Notes: generated from the sequence alone by a model not told the origin. A stretch of DNA of 64,000 bases from an uncultured Actinomycetota bacterium (GCA_963733505.1 CAVTDW010000017.1:28564-92563); one strand, 5' to 3'. Shown: positions 38,995 to 50,131, numbered from the stretch's first letter. Numbers and translations: made by a program.

Positions 38995-40014
38995 ATGACT
39001 TCACGACGTTCACCGCTTGACGTAGACGGCCGCCGAACCGCATCGGCCGGCCAGGCCATCGTCGTCGTACTGGTGGCGATGATCCTGGCTGCGTTCCTCA
39101 ACGCCGACTCGCTGGTGGCGTCCATCGAGGGCCAGTCCTTCGGCACCTCTCGATCGATCGGGCTGTCCCTCGCCCGGCCGGCGAAGACCATCAGCCACTG
39201 GACTGGGCTCAACCTCCCTCGAAAGCTGATCGACCGCATCGCGGAGCCTCAGCCGCCTCGGGTCGCGCTGCCCTCGCCGCCGGTATCAGTGCCGCACGGC
39301 TCGCCCTCGACCAGCACGGGCGCAACCCCCTCCTCGACCACGACGACGACCATCGCGCCGCGGCGGGTGCCGACCGCCCAGCAACCGCTGAAGGTGTGGC
39401 TGGCCGGGGACTCGCTCATGGGGACGATCGCCGAGTCGTTCATTGACAAGACCGGCGGCAATCCGCTGTTCACCACCGCCCAGGACTTCCGCATCGGGAC
39501 CGGGCTGGCGCGGCCGGACGTGTACGACTGGCCGGCGGCGATCAGCCGTGAGGTCGCCACGGCCCATCCTGACGTCGTGGTCCTGATCTTCGGTGCCAAC
39601 GACGACCAGGACATGGAAGCGGGCGGTCACCGGTTCTCCCTCCAGAGCACCGAATGGCAACAGGAGTACGCCCGCCGGGTCAACCAGATTCTCGACGCCA
39701 CCGCCGACGGTGTGCGCCAGGTCATCTGGCTGGGGATCCCGGCGGTCCGCCGCCCTCGGCTCAACCAGACCAAGGACTACATCAACGACATCTTGAAGGC
39801 GGCGGCCCAGACTCACCCAAACGTCACCTTCGTCGACCCCGGGCCCTTCCTCGACGGAGCGGGCAACAGCTTCACGACATACCTGACCAACTCCAGCGGC
39901 AAGGCGATCACGGTGCGCGAATCCGACGGGATTCACATCACCAAGGCGGGCGCTGACCTGGTCACACCCACCCTCCTGGCCGACATCGACCAGCTGTGGC
40001 ACGTTCCGCATTGA
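38995..40014 (+). CDS. SGNH/GDSL-family hydrolase/acyltransferase, the MBOAT partner
   Basis: It has an N-terminal TM anchor and a Thr/Ser linker. The catalytic block is VWLAGDSLMG...IFGANDDQD...DGIHITKAG (SGNH Ser/Gly/Asn/His blocks). Confidence 0.85.
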   Translation: MTSRRSPLDVDGRRTASAGQAIVVVLVAMILAAFLNADSLVASIEGQSFGTSRSIGLSLARPAKTISHWTGLNLPRKLIDRIAEPQPPRVALPSPPVSVPHGSPSTSTGATPSSTTTTTIAPRRVPTAQQPLKVWLAGDSLMGTIAESFIDKTGGNPLFTTAQDFRIGTGLARPDVYDWPAAISREVATAHPDVVVLIFGANDDQDMEAGGHRFSLQSTEWQQEYARRVNQILDATADGVRQVIWLGIPAVRRPRLNQTKDYINDILKAAAQTHPNVTFVDPGPFLDGAGNSFTTYLTNSSGKAITVRESDGIHITKAGADLVTPTLLADIDQLWHVPH

Positions 40015-40087
40015 TCCAGGGCATTTCCGTGGGCGATCTACGGCACTGTGGCCGACCTGAGAGCGCAGGACGACCTTAAGTCGCCCG

Positions 40088-40108
40088 TAGGGTTTATGTC
40101 TATAGAGG
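40088..40108. repeat. Left arm of an imperfect 22-bp inverted repeat; the right arm is at 40435-40457
   Basis: GTAGGGTTTATGTCTATAGAGG at 40088-40108 matches the reverse complement of 40435-40457 (GTAGGGGTTTATGTCTCTTGAGG) at about 21/23 positions. Confidence 0.6.
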
Positions 40109-40642
40109 TCGCACCACATGGGGTGCCAGATCCCTACACCCCCATGCCCCCTGGCGGGGGCGCACGAACGATGAGGACCGCAGCAACGAGACTCACCTCG
40201 ACGCCCGGAGCGTGGACCTCCTCGACGCGGGCGCTCATGGCACGATCGGTCGACCGCCCGCTTCGACGCCTGCGAGGACCCGCGTCCGGGGGGTCGAGGC
40301 CGAGGGACCTCCGAAGTGGGTCACGCCCATGGGAGGTAACAACCATGTACCTGGACCAAGCCCTAGCCGGCTCTCGGTAGGGGTCTTAAGGCTCTGGTGG
40401 GGATCTGCTCTTCCTCCAGTGACTAGTAGATTCTCCTCAAGAGACATAAACCCCTACCAGAACACGCCCCCCGAGCGGATCTAGTGGTCGTGCGGCGGCG
40501 TGGGTCGCGGCGACGAGCGAAGGGCGCCCGGCTCTCGTTCTACGCCCGCGGCCAGCTTCGGAACTGATCCCGCAGGTACGGCGGGCCTGGCCCGACTCGT
40601 CGGGTCAAGCACGGTGTTTGTCCGAACAGCCTGTCGGGGACC

Positions 40643-41977
40643 CTAAACCTCGGGAACGACGAGTACCGCACCAGCGAGACTTACCTCGGCACCCGGCACG
40701 TGGATCTCCTCGAGTTCGCGGCCCCGGGTCTCGGGGAACCATTTGGCCACGATGATGATCACCCCGATCGGTCCCAGGATGAGGATGGCCACCACGTCGG
40801 GGAGGTTGCCGAAGACCCGCAGCAGCAAGCCGCCGAGGGCCAGGCTGATGACCTCGCCGATGACGAGGGCAACCGACACCGCAGCGCCCCCGAATGCTCG
40901 CAGCGGGGTGGTGAACAGCTCCGTCGTGAACGCCCCGAGCGCCGGCCGAGCGCCCAGGCTCCCGCTCAAGGTGAGGGAGATGGCCCCCGCGAACGCCAGT
41001 GGGCTGCGGGCCACGAAGAAGAACAACAGCGCCCCGATCACGGCCAAACCAGCGAACGAGCAGCCGACCACCTTGCGCCCGAGACGATCAGACAGCGGGC
41101 CGGACGCGATCTGGACCAGGATGGCCGGCACCCCGGCCACCGTGACCAGCCAGCCGACGGTGGCCGCGGACAGGTGGCGCTGGGTCTGCAGGAAGTCGGG
41201 TGCCAACGCTACGGCGTGGGTCGTCAACGCCCCGAGCACCGCGGTCGAGCACAACAGGGCCAACCAGCGCCGGTTCGGTGGTTGCAGGATCTCGCGCCAA
41301 CGCTCAGCCAGGAGGCCGTTGCGCCGGGCCTCGACGAAACGCCGGCTCTCCGGTAGCCGCCGGCGCAGCACCGCCAGGCCGAGCAACGGAGGCGTGGCCA
41401 GGGCGTACAGCCAGCGCCACGACAAGCCGACCGGTCCGTAGAGGATCGAGCTGGTCCCGACGCCGAGCGCCGCCATCATGGCCAGCCAGCCAAAGCCGAG
41501 GCCGCGTGACGTGGCCGGGAGCTCCTCGGCCACCATCGTCCAGGCCACCGCCTGCTCCGATCCGAGGAATCCCCGGGCGAAGAACTGGCAGCCAGCGAAG
41601 ACGGCGATGCTCGGCGCCAGCGCCGTGAATCCGGTCGCCACGGTGTACCCCAGAACCGATACGAGCAGGATTGCCCGTCGACCCAGCCGGTCGGCCTGGC
41701 GGGTGAGGAACACGGCGGGCAGGGCGCCCAGGTACAGCACCCCGAGCCAAAGCGACGCGCCCGACTGGGTCAAACCGAAGGTGTGGCGGATCTGCTTCAG
41801 GGCCACCGCTACCAGGTTCAGGTCGTATCCCTGGAAGAACGACGCCGTTCCGAGCAGGCACAGCAGGAACCAGTGGCTCCGATCGAGCCGGCCCGCCGTG
41901 GCCCGCATGCTGCGCATCTGACGAGCATGGTCCAAAACCGAGACGTATAGAGGACGACCGGGGGAGGGTACGGTCAA
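40643..41977 (-). CDS. MFS transporter
   Basis: It has 12 predicted TM segments and the MFS motif GLGALPAVFLTRQADRLGRRA. The start may be an internal M21/M24, because the divergent CPBP gene starts only 5 nt away. Confidence 0.88.
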   Translation of the reverse strand: MTVPSPGRPLYVSVLDHARQMRSMRATAGRLDRSHWFLLCLLGTASFFQGYDLNLVAVALKQIRHTFGLTQSGASLWLGVLYLGALPAVFLTRQADRLGRRAILLVSVLGYTVATGFTALAPSIAVFAGCQFFARGFLGSEQAVAWTMVAEELPATSRGLGFGWLAMMAALGVGTSSILYGPVGLSWRWLYALATPPLLGLAVLRRRLPESRRFVEARRNGLLAERWREILQPPNRRWLALLCSTAVLGALTTHAVALAPDFLQTQRHLSAATVGWLVTVAGVPAILVQIASGPLSDRLGRKVVGCSFAGLAVIGALLFFFVARSPLAFAGAISLTLSGSLGARPALGAFTTELFTTPLRAFGGAAVSVALVIGEVISLALGGLLLRVFGNLPDVVAILILGPIGVIIIVAKWFPETRGRELEEIHVPGAEVSLAGAVLVVPEV

Positions 41978-41982
41978 GGCCG

Positions 41983-42831
41983 ATGGCCTGGGTAACGGGA
42001 AGTCCGCCGCCTCCGGGTTGGTATCCCGACCCCTCGGGCCAGCCCGCCACCCGCTGGTGGGACGGGCATGCCTGGACAGCGAGCCTGGTTCCCTTCGCCC
42101 CTCCGATGGTGGGTTCCGAGGCCCCAGCGCCGCGACCGGCGCCGCCTACCCTCCCGGCCAAAGCGGCCTGGCTGGGCCTGGCCGGTGTGCTCGTGGGGTT
42201 CGTTCTCGGCGGCGTGTTCCAAGTCGTCGGGGCGGTGCTCGTTCCGGGTAGCACGGCGGCGGACATCCTGCTCAGCGAAATCGGCCTGTGGTGCGGCCTC
42301 GGGGGCACCGCTGTGGTGGCCAGCCGCCGCTACGGCACCGGCTCGCTGGTGCGCGACTTCGGCTGGCGGGTCCGAGCGATCGACCTGGCCTGGGGGCCTC
42401 TGGCCGCGCTGGCGTGCATCTTCACTGCGGGTGTTATCGGTGCCTCGTTCCAGGGGAGCCGGTTCTCGGGGAGCAACACCAACATCATCACCAGCCAACG
42501 GGGGAACACCGTCGGTGTGGCGGTTGTTACCGTTCTTGCCGCCGTCGGAGCCCCGATCTTCGAGGAGTTGTTCTTCCGAGGTTTCCTCCGGACAGCGCTG
42601 GCCAGCCGGCTCGGAGTAGGTGCGGTTTGGGCTCAGGCGGTGTTGTTCGGCTTCGCCCACTACCAGTTCGGACTTGGTTTAGGCAACGTTTCGGTCGTGA
42701 CCGCCACCGCAGGCATCGGGGTGGTGCTGGGGTATACCGCCCATCTCGCCCGGCGCCTCGGACCGGGCATGATCGCCCACGGATTGTTCAACCTCCTTGT
42801 GACCATCACCATCATTGGAGTCATCAGATGA
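41983..42831 (+). CDS. CPBP-family intramembrane metalloprotease with an N-terminal DUF2510
   Basis: GWYPDPSGQPATRWWDGHAWT is DUF2510-like. The CPBP motifs are EELFFRGF, FGFAHY and HGLFN. Confidence 0.85.
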   Translation: MAWVTGSPPPPGWYPDPSGQPATRWWDGHAWTASLVPFAPPMVGSEAPAPRPAPPTLPAKAAWLGLAGVLVGFVLGGVFQVVGAVLVPGSTAADILLSEIGLWCGLGGTAVVASRRYGTGSLVRDFGWRVRAIDLAWGPLAALACIFTAGVIGASFQGSRFSGSNTNIITSQRGNTVGVAVVTVLAAVGAPIFEELFFRGFLRTALASRLGVGAVWAQAVLFGFAHYQFGLGLGNVSVVTATAGIGVVLGYTAHLARRLGPGMIAHGLFNLLVTITIIGVIR

Positions 42832-43587
42832 CCGCACCAAGAGCATCATAGCGCACCGGGCGCACCGGGCGCAGCCCGAACTCTTCCGGCCCCTCCGGAG
42901 TCGCATCACCGCGACATTCAAGGCGGCGCCGCTCGGGCGGCGGTACTCGGCGTCAGCGACGGCCTGGTCACCAACGTGTCGCTCATCCTCGGGGTGGCCG
43001 GGGCCAACACCGGACCGGGCGCCGTGCGCCTGGCGGGCCTTGCCGGTTTGCTGGCCGGGGCGTTTTCCATGGCGGCGGGCGAGTACGTCTCCATGAAGGC
43101 CCAAAGCGAGTTGCTGGAGCGGGAGTTGGAGATGGAGGCACTCGAGCTGCGCCGCAACCCCGGCGCCGAGCGCGACGAGCTGGCGCAGCTGTACGAGTCC
43201 CGCGGCGTCGACCCCGACGTGGCGGGCGAGCTGGCCAACGAGATGATGCGCACCCCCGAGTTGGCCTTGGAAACCCACGCCCGTGAGGAACTGGGCGTCG
43301 ACCCGAGTTCGCTGGGCAACCCCTACCAGGCGGCATTTGCCTCGGCCGGCAGCTTCGCCGCGGGCGCCCTCGTCCCGCTGCTGCCCTGGTTCTTCGCCTC
43401 CGGGGTGGTGGCGGTCATGGTCTCGTTGGTGCTCGGTGCCGCGGCCTCGATCGTGATCGGGACCGCCCTGGCCCGCTATACCGGGCGCTCAGCGCTGCAC
43501 AGCTCGCTTCGCCAGCTCCTTGTCACGGTGGCCGCGGCCAGCGTCACCTACGGTCTCGGCGCCCTGGTCGGCACCAGCCTTACGTAA
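42815..43587 (+). CDS. VIT1/CCC1-family iron/manganese transporter; an apparent -1 frame break lies near 42885-42900
   Basis: The conserved N-terminus ...ESHHRDIQGGAARAAVLGVSDGLVTNVSLILGVAGA is in frame 1, which has no start codon between the stop at 42829-31 and GTG 42976. ATG 42815 is in frame 2. The C-terminal VIT TM block (track ORF 42976-43587) contains SMAAGEYVSMKAQSE. Confidence 0.75.
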
Positions 43588-44665
43588 CGCTCGACGCGGG
43601 CGGTTCGCCCGATCGCGCCCGATGCGCCCGGCGCGGCCGGTGCGCCCGATGCACCCGGCGCGCCAGTGCCCCGCCGGCCCCGGGCTCGCTGGCCCCGGTG
43701 CCGCCGGCCCCGGCCGCAATCGGCTGGGGATCGGCAATCGGCTCAGTTTCCTCGGGATCGGCCGCCTCACCGCCCCGCCAGGCCACGCCCTCCCGGCGGA
43801 GGCGCTCGATGACCCGGGATCGCAACGCTCGGGCGACGGGTGCGTTGTCAGCTACCGCGGTCTTGGCCACGACGCGAATCGTGACCCCGTCGGCGGCCAC
43901 ACCCTGCACCCCGAGCACGCTGGGCGGCTCGAGGATTTTTCCCCGCCATTCCTCGTCGGCGGCAAACGCCTGGGCCTCCTCCTTGGCCAGCTCCTCCACC
44001 CGGGAGAGGTCGGTGCCCGGGGGGACCACGATGTCGACGACCGCGGCGCTGAAGCCCTCCGAGCTGTTGCCAACCTTGCGGATCTCACCGTTGGCGACGT
44101 ACCAGACCGTGCCGTCGCCGGCGCGCACCCGGGTGGTCCGCAGGTTCAGGCCCTCGACGGTACCGGTCACGTCATTGGTCGTGATCGTGTCGCCGACGCC
44201 GTATTGATCCTCGAGCAGGATCAAGATGCCCGAGAGGAAGTCCTTGACCAGCGACTGGGCACCGAATCCGACCGCCGCGCCGATCACCGTGGCGGTGGCG
44301 ACGAACGGTCCCAGGTTGATCCCGATGATCCCGAGGATGGTGAGGAAGGCGACGATCCACACGATCGACCGGAACACGCTGCCGAGCACCGCGCCCACGG
44401 TGCCCGCCCGCTCGCCGGCCCGCACCGAGGTGAGGCGCGTCGGCGCCCGCAGCTGGAGCGAGCGCACCAGCCGCCGGGTGGCGCGGGGCACCATCCGGGT
44501 GACGATGAAGGCGATCACGACCACCACGGCGATGCGCAGGGGCCCCACCGACAGCGACTGGATGGTGTGGGCGGTGCCGTCGGAAACGCCGTGGTCGTGC
44601 AGGAACTGATAGATCGTCCCGCCGCTCGGCGTCGAGGTGGCGGCCAACACCACGGCAAGCAGCAT
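43580..44665 (-). CDS. Mechanosensitive ion channel (MscS family)
   Basis: TM3 and the beta domain are ...GPFVATATVIGAAVGFGAQSLVKDFLSGILILLEDQYGVGDTI..., followed by a C-terminal HRA/HRP-rich tail with 27-nt repeats. Confidence 0.88.
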   Translation of the reverse strand: MLLAVVLAATSTPSGGTIYQFLHDHGVSDGTAHTIQSLSVGPLRIAVVVVIAFIVTRMVPRATRRLVRSLQLRAPTRLTSVRAGERAGTVGAVLGSVFRSIVWIVAFLTILGIIGINLGPFVATATVIGAAVGFGAQSLVKDFLSGILILLEDQYGVGDTITTNDVTGTVEGLNLRTTRVRAGDGTVWYVANGEIRKVGNSSEGFSAAVVDIVVPPGTDLSRVEELAKEEAQAFAADEEWRGKILEPPSVLGVQGVAADGVTIRVVAKTAVADNAPVARALRSRVIERLRREGVAWRGGEAADPEETEPIADPQPIAAGAGGTGASEPGAGGALARRVHRAHRPRRAHRARSGEPPASSVT

Positions 44666-44790
44666 CAGCCGATCCTAGGCCCACGGTTCACCGGTGATTC
44701 CCGAGTCATTCGGTCGACAATCGCCGGAAGCCGGCGGTAGGGTGGCGCAAAGACACCGGAATCAAATACATCTCGAGGAGGAACTTCCGC

Positions 44791-45426
<636 letters not shown>

Positions 45427-45443
45427 TCCGGCCCGCCTCCTTC

Positions 45444-45488
45444 GTGGCAGTTGGTGGGGCTTGCCGCCCCGCCGGCTGCCACTTTGGC
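45444..45488 (+). terminator. Hairpin downstream of the peroxiredoxin gene
   Basis: GTGGCAGTTGGTGGGGC-TTGCC-GCCCCGCCGGCTGCCAC forms a roughly 17-bp stem including G-U pairs, followed by a short T tract (ACTTTGG). Confidence 0.4.
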
Positions 45489-45535
45489 GCGGATCCGCGC
45501 TAAGACGGTGACGACTCTCGGCCCAAGGAGCTGTC

Positions 45536-46741
45536 ATGCCCGCTGCTGTCATCGTCGACGCCGTGCGTACCGCCGGAGGCAAGCGCAACGGGAAGCTGTC
45601 GGGTTGGCATCCCGCCGACCTGGCGGCCGAGACCCTCCGGGCGCTGGTCGAGCGCAACGGCCTCGACCCGGCCCTGGTCGACGACGTGATCATGGGCTGC
45701 GTCATGCAGATCGGCGCCCAGGGTGTCAACGTGGCCCGCAACGCGGTGCTGGCCGCGGGCTTTCCCGAGTCGGTTCCGGCCACGACGATCGACCGGCAGT
45801 GCGGGTCGTCGCAGCAGAGCGTGCACTTCGCCGCCCAGGGCGTGATGGCGGGCGCCTACGACGTGGTGATCGCGGCCGGCGTCGAGGTGATGAGCCTGGT
45901 CCCGATGGGGGCCACCATGTTCGCCCCGAACACCGGCATTCCCTTCGGACCCAAGATGATGGCCCGCTACCAACCGGCGGGCGGCCTGGTGCCCCAAGGC
46001 ATCTCGGCCGAGATGATCGCCGAACGCTGGGACCTGTCGCGCACCGACCTCGACACCTACGGGGCCCGTAGCCAGCAACGGGCGCAGGCCGCCACCGAGG
46101 AGGGCCGCTTCGAGCGAGAGATCGTGCCCGTGGCGGTGAAGGTCCGCGACCGAGAGAGCGGCCAGGTCCTCGAACCCGACGAGATGCTGGGCCGCGACGA
46201 GGGCATCCGCCCCGGGACGACGGTCGAGACGCTGGCCACGCTGAAGGCCGCCTTCCGGCCCGAGGCCGACGGTGGCAAGGTCACGGCGGGCAACTCGTCG
46301 CAGATCACCGACGGCGCCTCGGCCGCCCTCATCATGAGCGAGGAAACGGCCAGCGCCCTCGGCTACACCCCCCGGGCCCGCTTCCACAGCTTCGCCCTGG
46401 CCGGCGTCGATCCCGTGCTCATGCTGACCGGCCCCATCCCGGCCACGAGCCGGGTGCTGGAACGGGGAAAACTGACCCTCGACGACATCGACCTGATCGA
46501 GATCAACGAGGCGTTCGCGTCGGTGGTATTGGCCTGGGAAAAGGAGCTTCACCCGGACATGTCCCGCGTGAATGTCAACGGGGGCGCCATCGCCCTTGGC
46601 CATCCGCTCGGAGCGTCGGGAACCAAGCTGCTCGCCACCTTGCTGAACGAGCTCGAACGACAAGGCGGCCGCTACGGCCTCCAGACGATGTGTGAGGGCG
46701 GCGGCCTGGCCAACGCCATGATCATCGAGCGCCTGGGCTAG
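45536..46741 (+). CDS. Acetyl-CoA C-acyltransferase (thiolase)
   Basis: [22 protein letters not shown]...[11 protein letters not shown] (active Cys)...[21 protein letters not shown]. Confidence 0.95.
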   Translation: MPAAVIVDAVRTAGGKRNGKLSGWHPADLAAETLRALVERNGLDPALVDDVIMGCVMQIGAQGVNVARNAVLAAGFPESVPATTIDRQCGSSQQSVHFAAQGVMAGAYDVVIAAGVEVMSLVPMGATMFAPNTGIPFGPKMMARYQPAGGLVPQGISAEMIAERWDLSRTDLDTYGARSQQRAQAATEEGRFEREIVPVAVKVRDRESGQVLEPDEMLGRDEGIRPGTTVETLATLKAAFRPEADGGKVTAGNSSQITDGASAALIMSEETASALGYTPRARFHSFALAGVDPVLMLTGPIPATSRVLERGKLTLDDIDLIEINEAFASVVLAWEKELHPDMSRVNVNGGAIALGHPLGASGTKLLATLLNELERQGGRYGLQTMCEGGGLANAMIIERLG

Positions 46742-46750
46742 CCGCAGCGC

Positions 46751-46996
46751 ATGGTCTTCAAGATCCTCGTTGCAGTTGTCGCCTTCGTGGTGATCGTACG
46801 CCTGGGCTTATTCGTCATACGGGCCCTGGCAACTCCGGCACCCACGCCCGACGAAGGCGAGTTGCGGCGGGTGAACCTCAAATACCAGTGCACGGTGTGC
46901 GGCGCCCAGGTACGGATGACCAAGGCCGGGGAGGACCTGCCGCCGCCGCCCCGGCACTGTATGGAGGACATGGATCTGATCCCCACCATGGAGTAG
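46751..46996 (+). CDS. Small membrane protein with a C-terminal CxxC/HC metal-binding-like motif
   Basis: MVFKILVAVVAFVVIVRLGLFVIRAL is a TM helix, followed by ...KYQCTVCGAQVRM...RHCMEDMD. Confidence 0.45.
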   Translation: MVFKILVAVVAFVVIVRLGLFVIRALATPAPTPDEGELRRVNLKYQCTVCGAQVRMTKAGEDLPPPPRHCMEDMDLIPTME

Positions 46997-47066
46997 CGCA
47001 CTGTCCCCACCCTGTGGATAAACCTGGGGAGGGTAACACCCCTGTAACTTTGCGATTACCCGCCCG

Positions 47067-47384
47067 TCACCTGTAGCGCGTTGCGGTAATGAAGCCCGCA
47101 GTGATGAATCCCAAGCCGACAAACAGGTAGGCGTTCTTCGCACCACCCGGCAGCAGGCCCAGGTAGTTGCACACGATGGTGAGCATCCCCGCCACCAGCA
47201 GCGTCAGCAGCAGGACCGGGACCCAGCGGGGGCTCTCCTTGTAGACCTTCGGGATCGGCGGGGTATAGCGGCCTGACGGGGTCGGCGCCCCCGGCCTCGC
47301 CCCGGGCTTGGCCCCACCTTTGGGGGTAACCCTGCCGCCTTTGGGTGTCACCCTGCCAGGCGCGTCCTTGGTCCGTCTCGCCAT
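47067..47384 (-). CDS. crgA: Cell division protein CrgA
   Basis: MARRTKDAPGRVTPKGGRVTPKGG...SPRWVPVLLLTLLVAGMLTIVCNYLGLLPGGAKNAYLFVGLGFITAGFITATRYR is 105 aa with two TM helices, the CrgA architecture. The N-terminus has a 21-nt duplication encoding RVTPKGG. Confidence 0.8.
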   Translation of the reverse strand: MARRTKDAPGRVTPKGGRVTPKGGAKPGARPGAPTPSGRYTPPIPKVYKESPRWVPVLLLTLLVAGMLTIVCNYLGLLPGGAKNAYLFVGLGFITAGFITATRYR

Positions 47385-47462
47385 GGATCCCGAGGATAGC
47401 CCCGGCCACCGTCCGCGCGAACTCGGGGGCGCCTGGCGCGGCGGCAATCTACGCTCGATGAG

Positions 47463-48059
47463 GTGGCCGCCCGCATCCTCGTCCTCGACAACTACGACAG
47501 CTTCGTCTACAACCTGGTCCAGTACCTCGGCGAGCTGGGGGCCGAGCCGGTGGTGTTCCGCCACGACGCGATCGACGTCGGCGCCGTGACCGCCATGGCT
47601 CCCGACGGGATACTCGTCTCTCCCGGTCCGGGGCGTCCCGAGGATGCGGGCGTCAGCAACGAGGTCATCACCACCTTTGGGGCGGCCGGTGTCCCGGTGC
47701 TTGGGGTGTGCCTGGGCCACCAGTGCATCGGCCAGGTCTTCGGCGGTGTCGTGGTGCGGGCGGGGGCGGTGATGCACGGCAAGACGTCGCTGGTCCACCA
47801 CGACGGCCGGGGCGTGCTGGCCGGGCTGCCCGATCCCTTTCAAGCCACGCGGTACCACTCGCTGGTGGTGGAACGGGATTCGGTTCCCGACGTGCTCGAG
47901 GTCACCGCCTGGACCGACGACGGGACGATCATGGGGTTGCGCCACCGGGAGTTGCCCATCGAAGGGGTGCAGTTCCACCCCGAGTCGATCCTCACCGAGG
48001 AGGGGCACCACCTGATGGCCAACTGGCTGGCACTATGCCGGGCTCCGACCCATACGTAA
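47463..48059 (+). CDS. trpG: Glutamine amidotransferase, anthranilate/aminodeoxychorismate synthase component II
   Basis: [20 protein letters not shown]...[13 protein letters not shown]...QFHPES is a GATase1 triad. Its position next to crgA and pknB matches mycobacterial Rv0013. Confidence 0.88.
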   Translation: MAARILVLDNYDSFVYNLVQYLGELGAEPVVFRHDAIDVGAVTAMAPDGILVSPGPGRPEDAGVSNEVITTFGAAGVPVLGVCLGHQCIGQVFGGVVVRAGAVMHGKTSLVHHDGRGVLAGLPDPFQATRYHSLVVERDSVPDVLEVTAWTDDGTIMGLRHRELPIEGVQFHPESILTEEGHHLMANWLALCRAPTHT

Positions 48060-48127
48060 AGGTCGTTCTGGTCACTGGACGTATATATTTCATCGGTTCG
48101 TGGCAACAATGGTTCCGGGCCAGCCCG

Positions 48128-50131
48128 CTAGGTGGTCGGCGGGGTGCTCGTCGACGTTGACCCGGTGAACTGAGCGACCCCGATCGTCACCGTCGAGCCC
48201 TTGGGCGCGGTGCCCCCGACCGGGTTCTGCGTGGCGACCGTCCCGTCCTTGGCCGGGTCGGTCGTCGTCCGGTTGGTGGACACGACCACGAAGCCCGCCC
48301 CTTGCAGCGCCGCCCGGGCGGTTGCCTCGGGCTGGCCCCGTTCGTCGGGGACGGCTACCTGCTGCGCACCTGACGACACGTAGATCGTCACCGACGAGCC
48401 GGCGGCGACGCTGGTGCCGGCGGCCGGATTGGTCCGGGTGACCTTCCCGGCCGGTTCGGTGTTGGACGCTTCGTTGGCGCTGGTCACCTTGAGATTGAGG
48501 GCCCCGAGCTCGGCTCCCGCCACCGTCGGGTCCTTGCCCGCCTCGTCGGGGATCTTCACCTGCGCCTTGCCAAGCGAGATGGTGAGCACAACCTGGGTCC
48601 CCTTGGCCACCGACGTGCCCTGGATCGGGTTCTCCGAGATCACGCTGCCCGCGGGAACGGTGTCGGAGTTCTGCGTGATCGGCGTCCCCGGGCTCAAGCC
48701 GGCGGACCGCAGCGTGTTCTCGGCCGTCTGTTGATCCTGGTTGCGCACGTCGGGCACCGGGACCTGGACGGGAGCCGGTTCCACGGTCAAGTTGACCGTG
48801 GAGCCCTTGGCGACCGTCGTCCCCGGCTTGGGATCGGAGCCGATCACGGTGCCCGCGGGTGACGATGGCTTCGTGTCGAGACCCAAGGCCTGGAGTTCGG
48901 TTTGGACGTCCGCGACGGGGTTGCCGACGATGTCGGTGGGGATCGTGACTTGGGCGGTGGACGCGGTGCCGAACACACCGAGTTGCTTGCCGAGTAGGAA
49001 CAACAAGCCGCCCAGAATCGCCAGCATCACCACCAGCACGACGACGTAGGCGCCGCTGCGGCGCCTGGTGGTGGCCAGCTCCGGTGACCCGTCGCCGGGG
49101 CCGTAGGGTCCCGGCAGCGGCCGTGGGCCGCCTGGGCCTCCGGGTCCACCGGCGCGGGCGGCACCGGCGCCGGCCATGACCCGCGTCGCCCCGTAGGCGC
49201 CCTGGACCCGGGTGGGCGCGACGGGCACCGGCGCTCGGGTGGGCTGGGCCAAGACCCCGCTGCCGCGCACATAGCGGGTGAGATCAGCGCGCAACTCGTC
49301 GGCCGACTGGTACCGATCGGCGGGATCCTTGGCCATCGCCTGGAGGATGATGGCCTCGAGCGATTGGGGTACCGCCCGGTTGACCTGGCTCGGGGGGAGT
49401 GGGTCCTCGCGGACGTGCTTGTAGGCGATGGCCACCGGGTTGTCGCCCGAGAACGGGGGCCGGCCGGTGACCATCTCGTAGAGCACCACCCCAAGTGAGT
49501 AGACGTCGCTGCGGGCGTCGACGGGGTACCCCTGGGCCTGCTCGGGCGAGAAGTAGGTCGCGGTGCCCATGACCGTTCCCGTCTGAGTCAGGCCCTCCTT
49601 GGCGCCGACGGCCTGGGCGATGCCGAAGTCGGTGACCTTGACCTGCCCCGACTTGTCGATCAGCACGTTGGCCGGCTTGACATCTCGGTGGGTGATCCCG
49701 TTGGCGTGAGCGAAGCTCAGCGCGCCCGCGATGTCGGCGGCCAGTGACGCCGCATGGTCGGCGTCGAGCGGCCCTTGGCGGAGCAACTGGGCCAACGTCC
49801 GGCCGTTGACGTATTCCATCACGATGAAATAGGTGTGTTCCCCCTCGCCCCAGTCGTAGATCGACACGATGTTGGGGTGCGAGAGGTTGGCCGCCGCCTG
49901 GGCCTCCCGCCGGAACCGCTCGACGAACGAACGGTCGACCGACAGCTCGGGAAACAGGACCTTCAGGGCCACAGGCCGGTTGAGCAGCAGGTCCTTGGCC
50001 AGGTACACCTGCGCCATGCCGCCTCGGGCGACGTGGCGGACCAGTTCGTAGCGGTCGTTGAAGACGCGGGCCGCGGCGCGTTCGGGCCGCGCGGGACCTC
50101 CCGTCCCGCTCGGCGGGGTCGGCTGCGTCAT
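48128..50131 (-). CDS. pknB: Ser/Thr protein kinase PknB (kinase domain, TM helix and four PASTA domains)
   Basis: YELVRHVARGGMAQVYLAKD...HRDVKPANVLI...DFGIA is a Hanks kinase. There is a TM helix, then four extracellular repeats each of about 65 aa (PASTA). Confidence 0.95.
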   Translation of the reverse strand: MTQPTPPSGTGGPARPERAAARVFNDRYELVRHVARGGMAQVYLAKDLLLNRPVALKVLFPELSVDRSFVERFRREAQAAANLSHPNIVSIYDWGEGEHTYFIVMEYVNGRTLAQLLRQGPLDADHAASLAADIAGALSFAHANGITHRDVKPANVLIDKSGQVKVTDFGIAQAVGAKEGLTQTGTVMGTATYFSPEQAQGYPVDARSDVYSLGVVLYEMVTGRPPFSGDNPVAIAYKHVREDPLPPSQVNRAVPQSLEAIILQAMAKDPADRYQSADELRADLTRYVRGSGVLAQPTRAPVPVAPTRVQGAYGATRVMAGAGAARAGGPGGPGGPRPLPGPYGPGDGSPELATTRRRSGAYVVVLVVMLAILGGLLFLLGKQLGVFGTASTAQVTIPTDIVGNPVADVQTELQALGLDTKPSSPAGTVIGSDPKPGTTVAKGSTVNLTVEPAPVQVPVPDVRNQDQQTAENTLRSAGLSPGTPITQNSDTVPAGSVISENPIQGTSVAKGTQVVLTISLGKAQVKIPDEAGKDPTVAGAELGALNLKVTSANEASNTEPAGKVTRTNPAAGTSVAAGSSVTIYVSSGAQQVAVPDERGQPEATARAALQGAGFVVVSTNRTTTDPAKDGTVATQNPVGGTAPKGSTVTIGVAQFTGSTSTSTPPTT

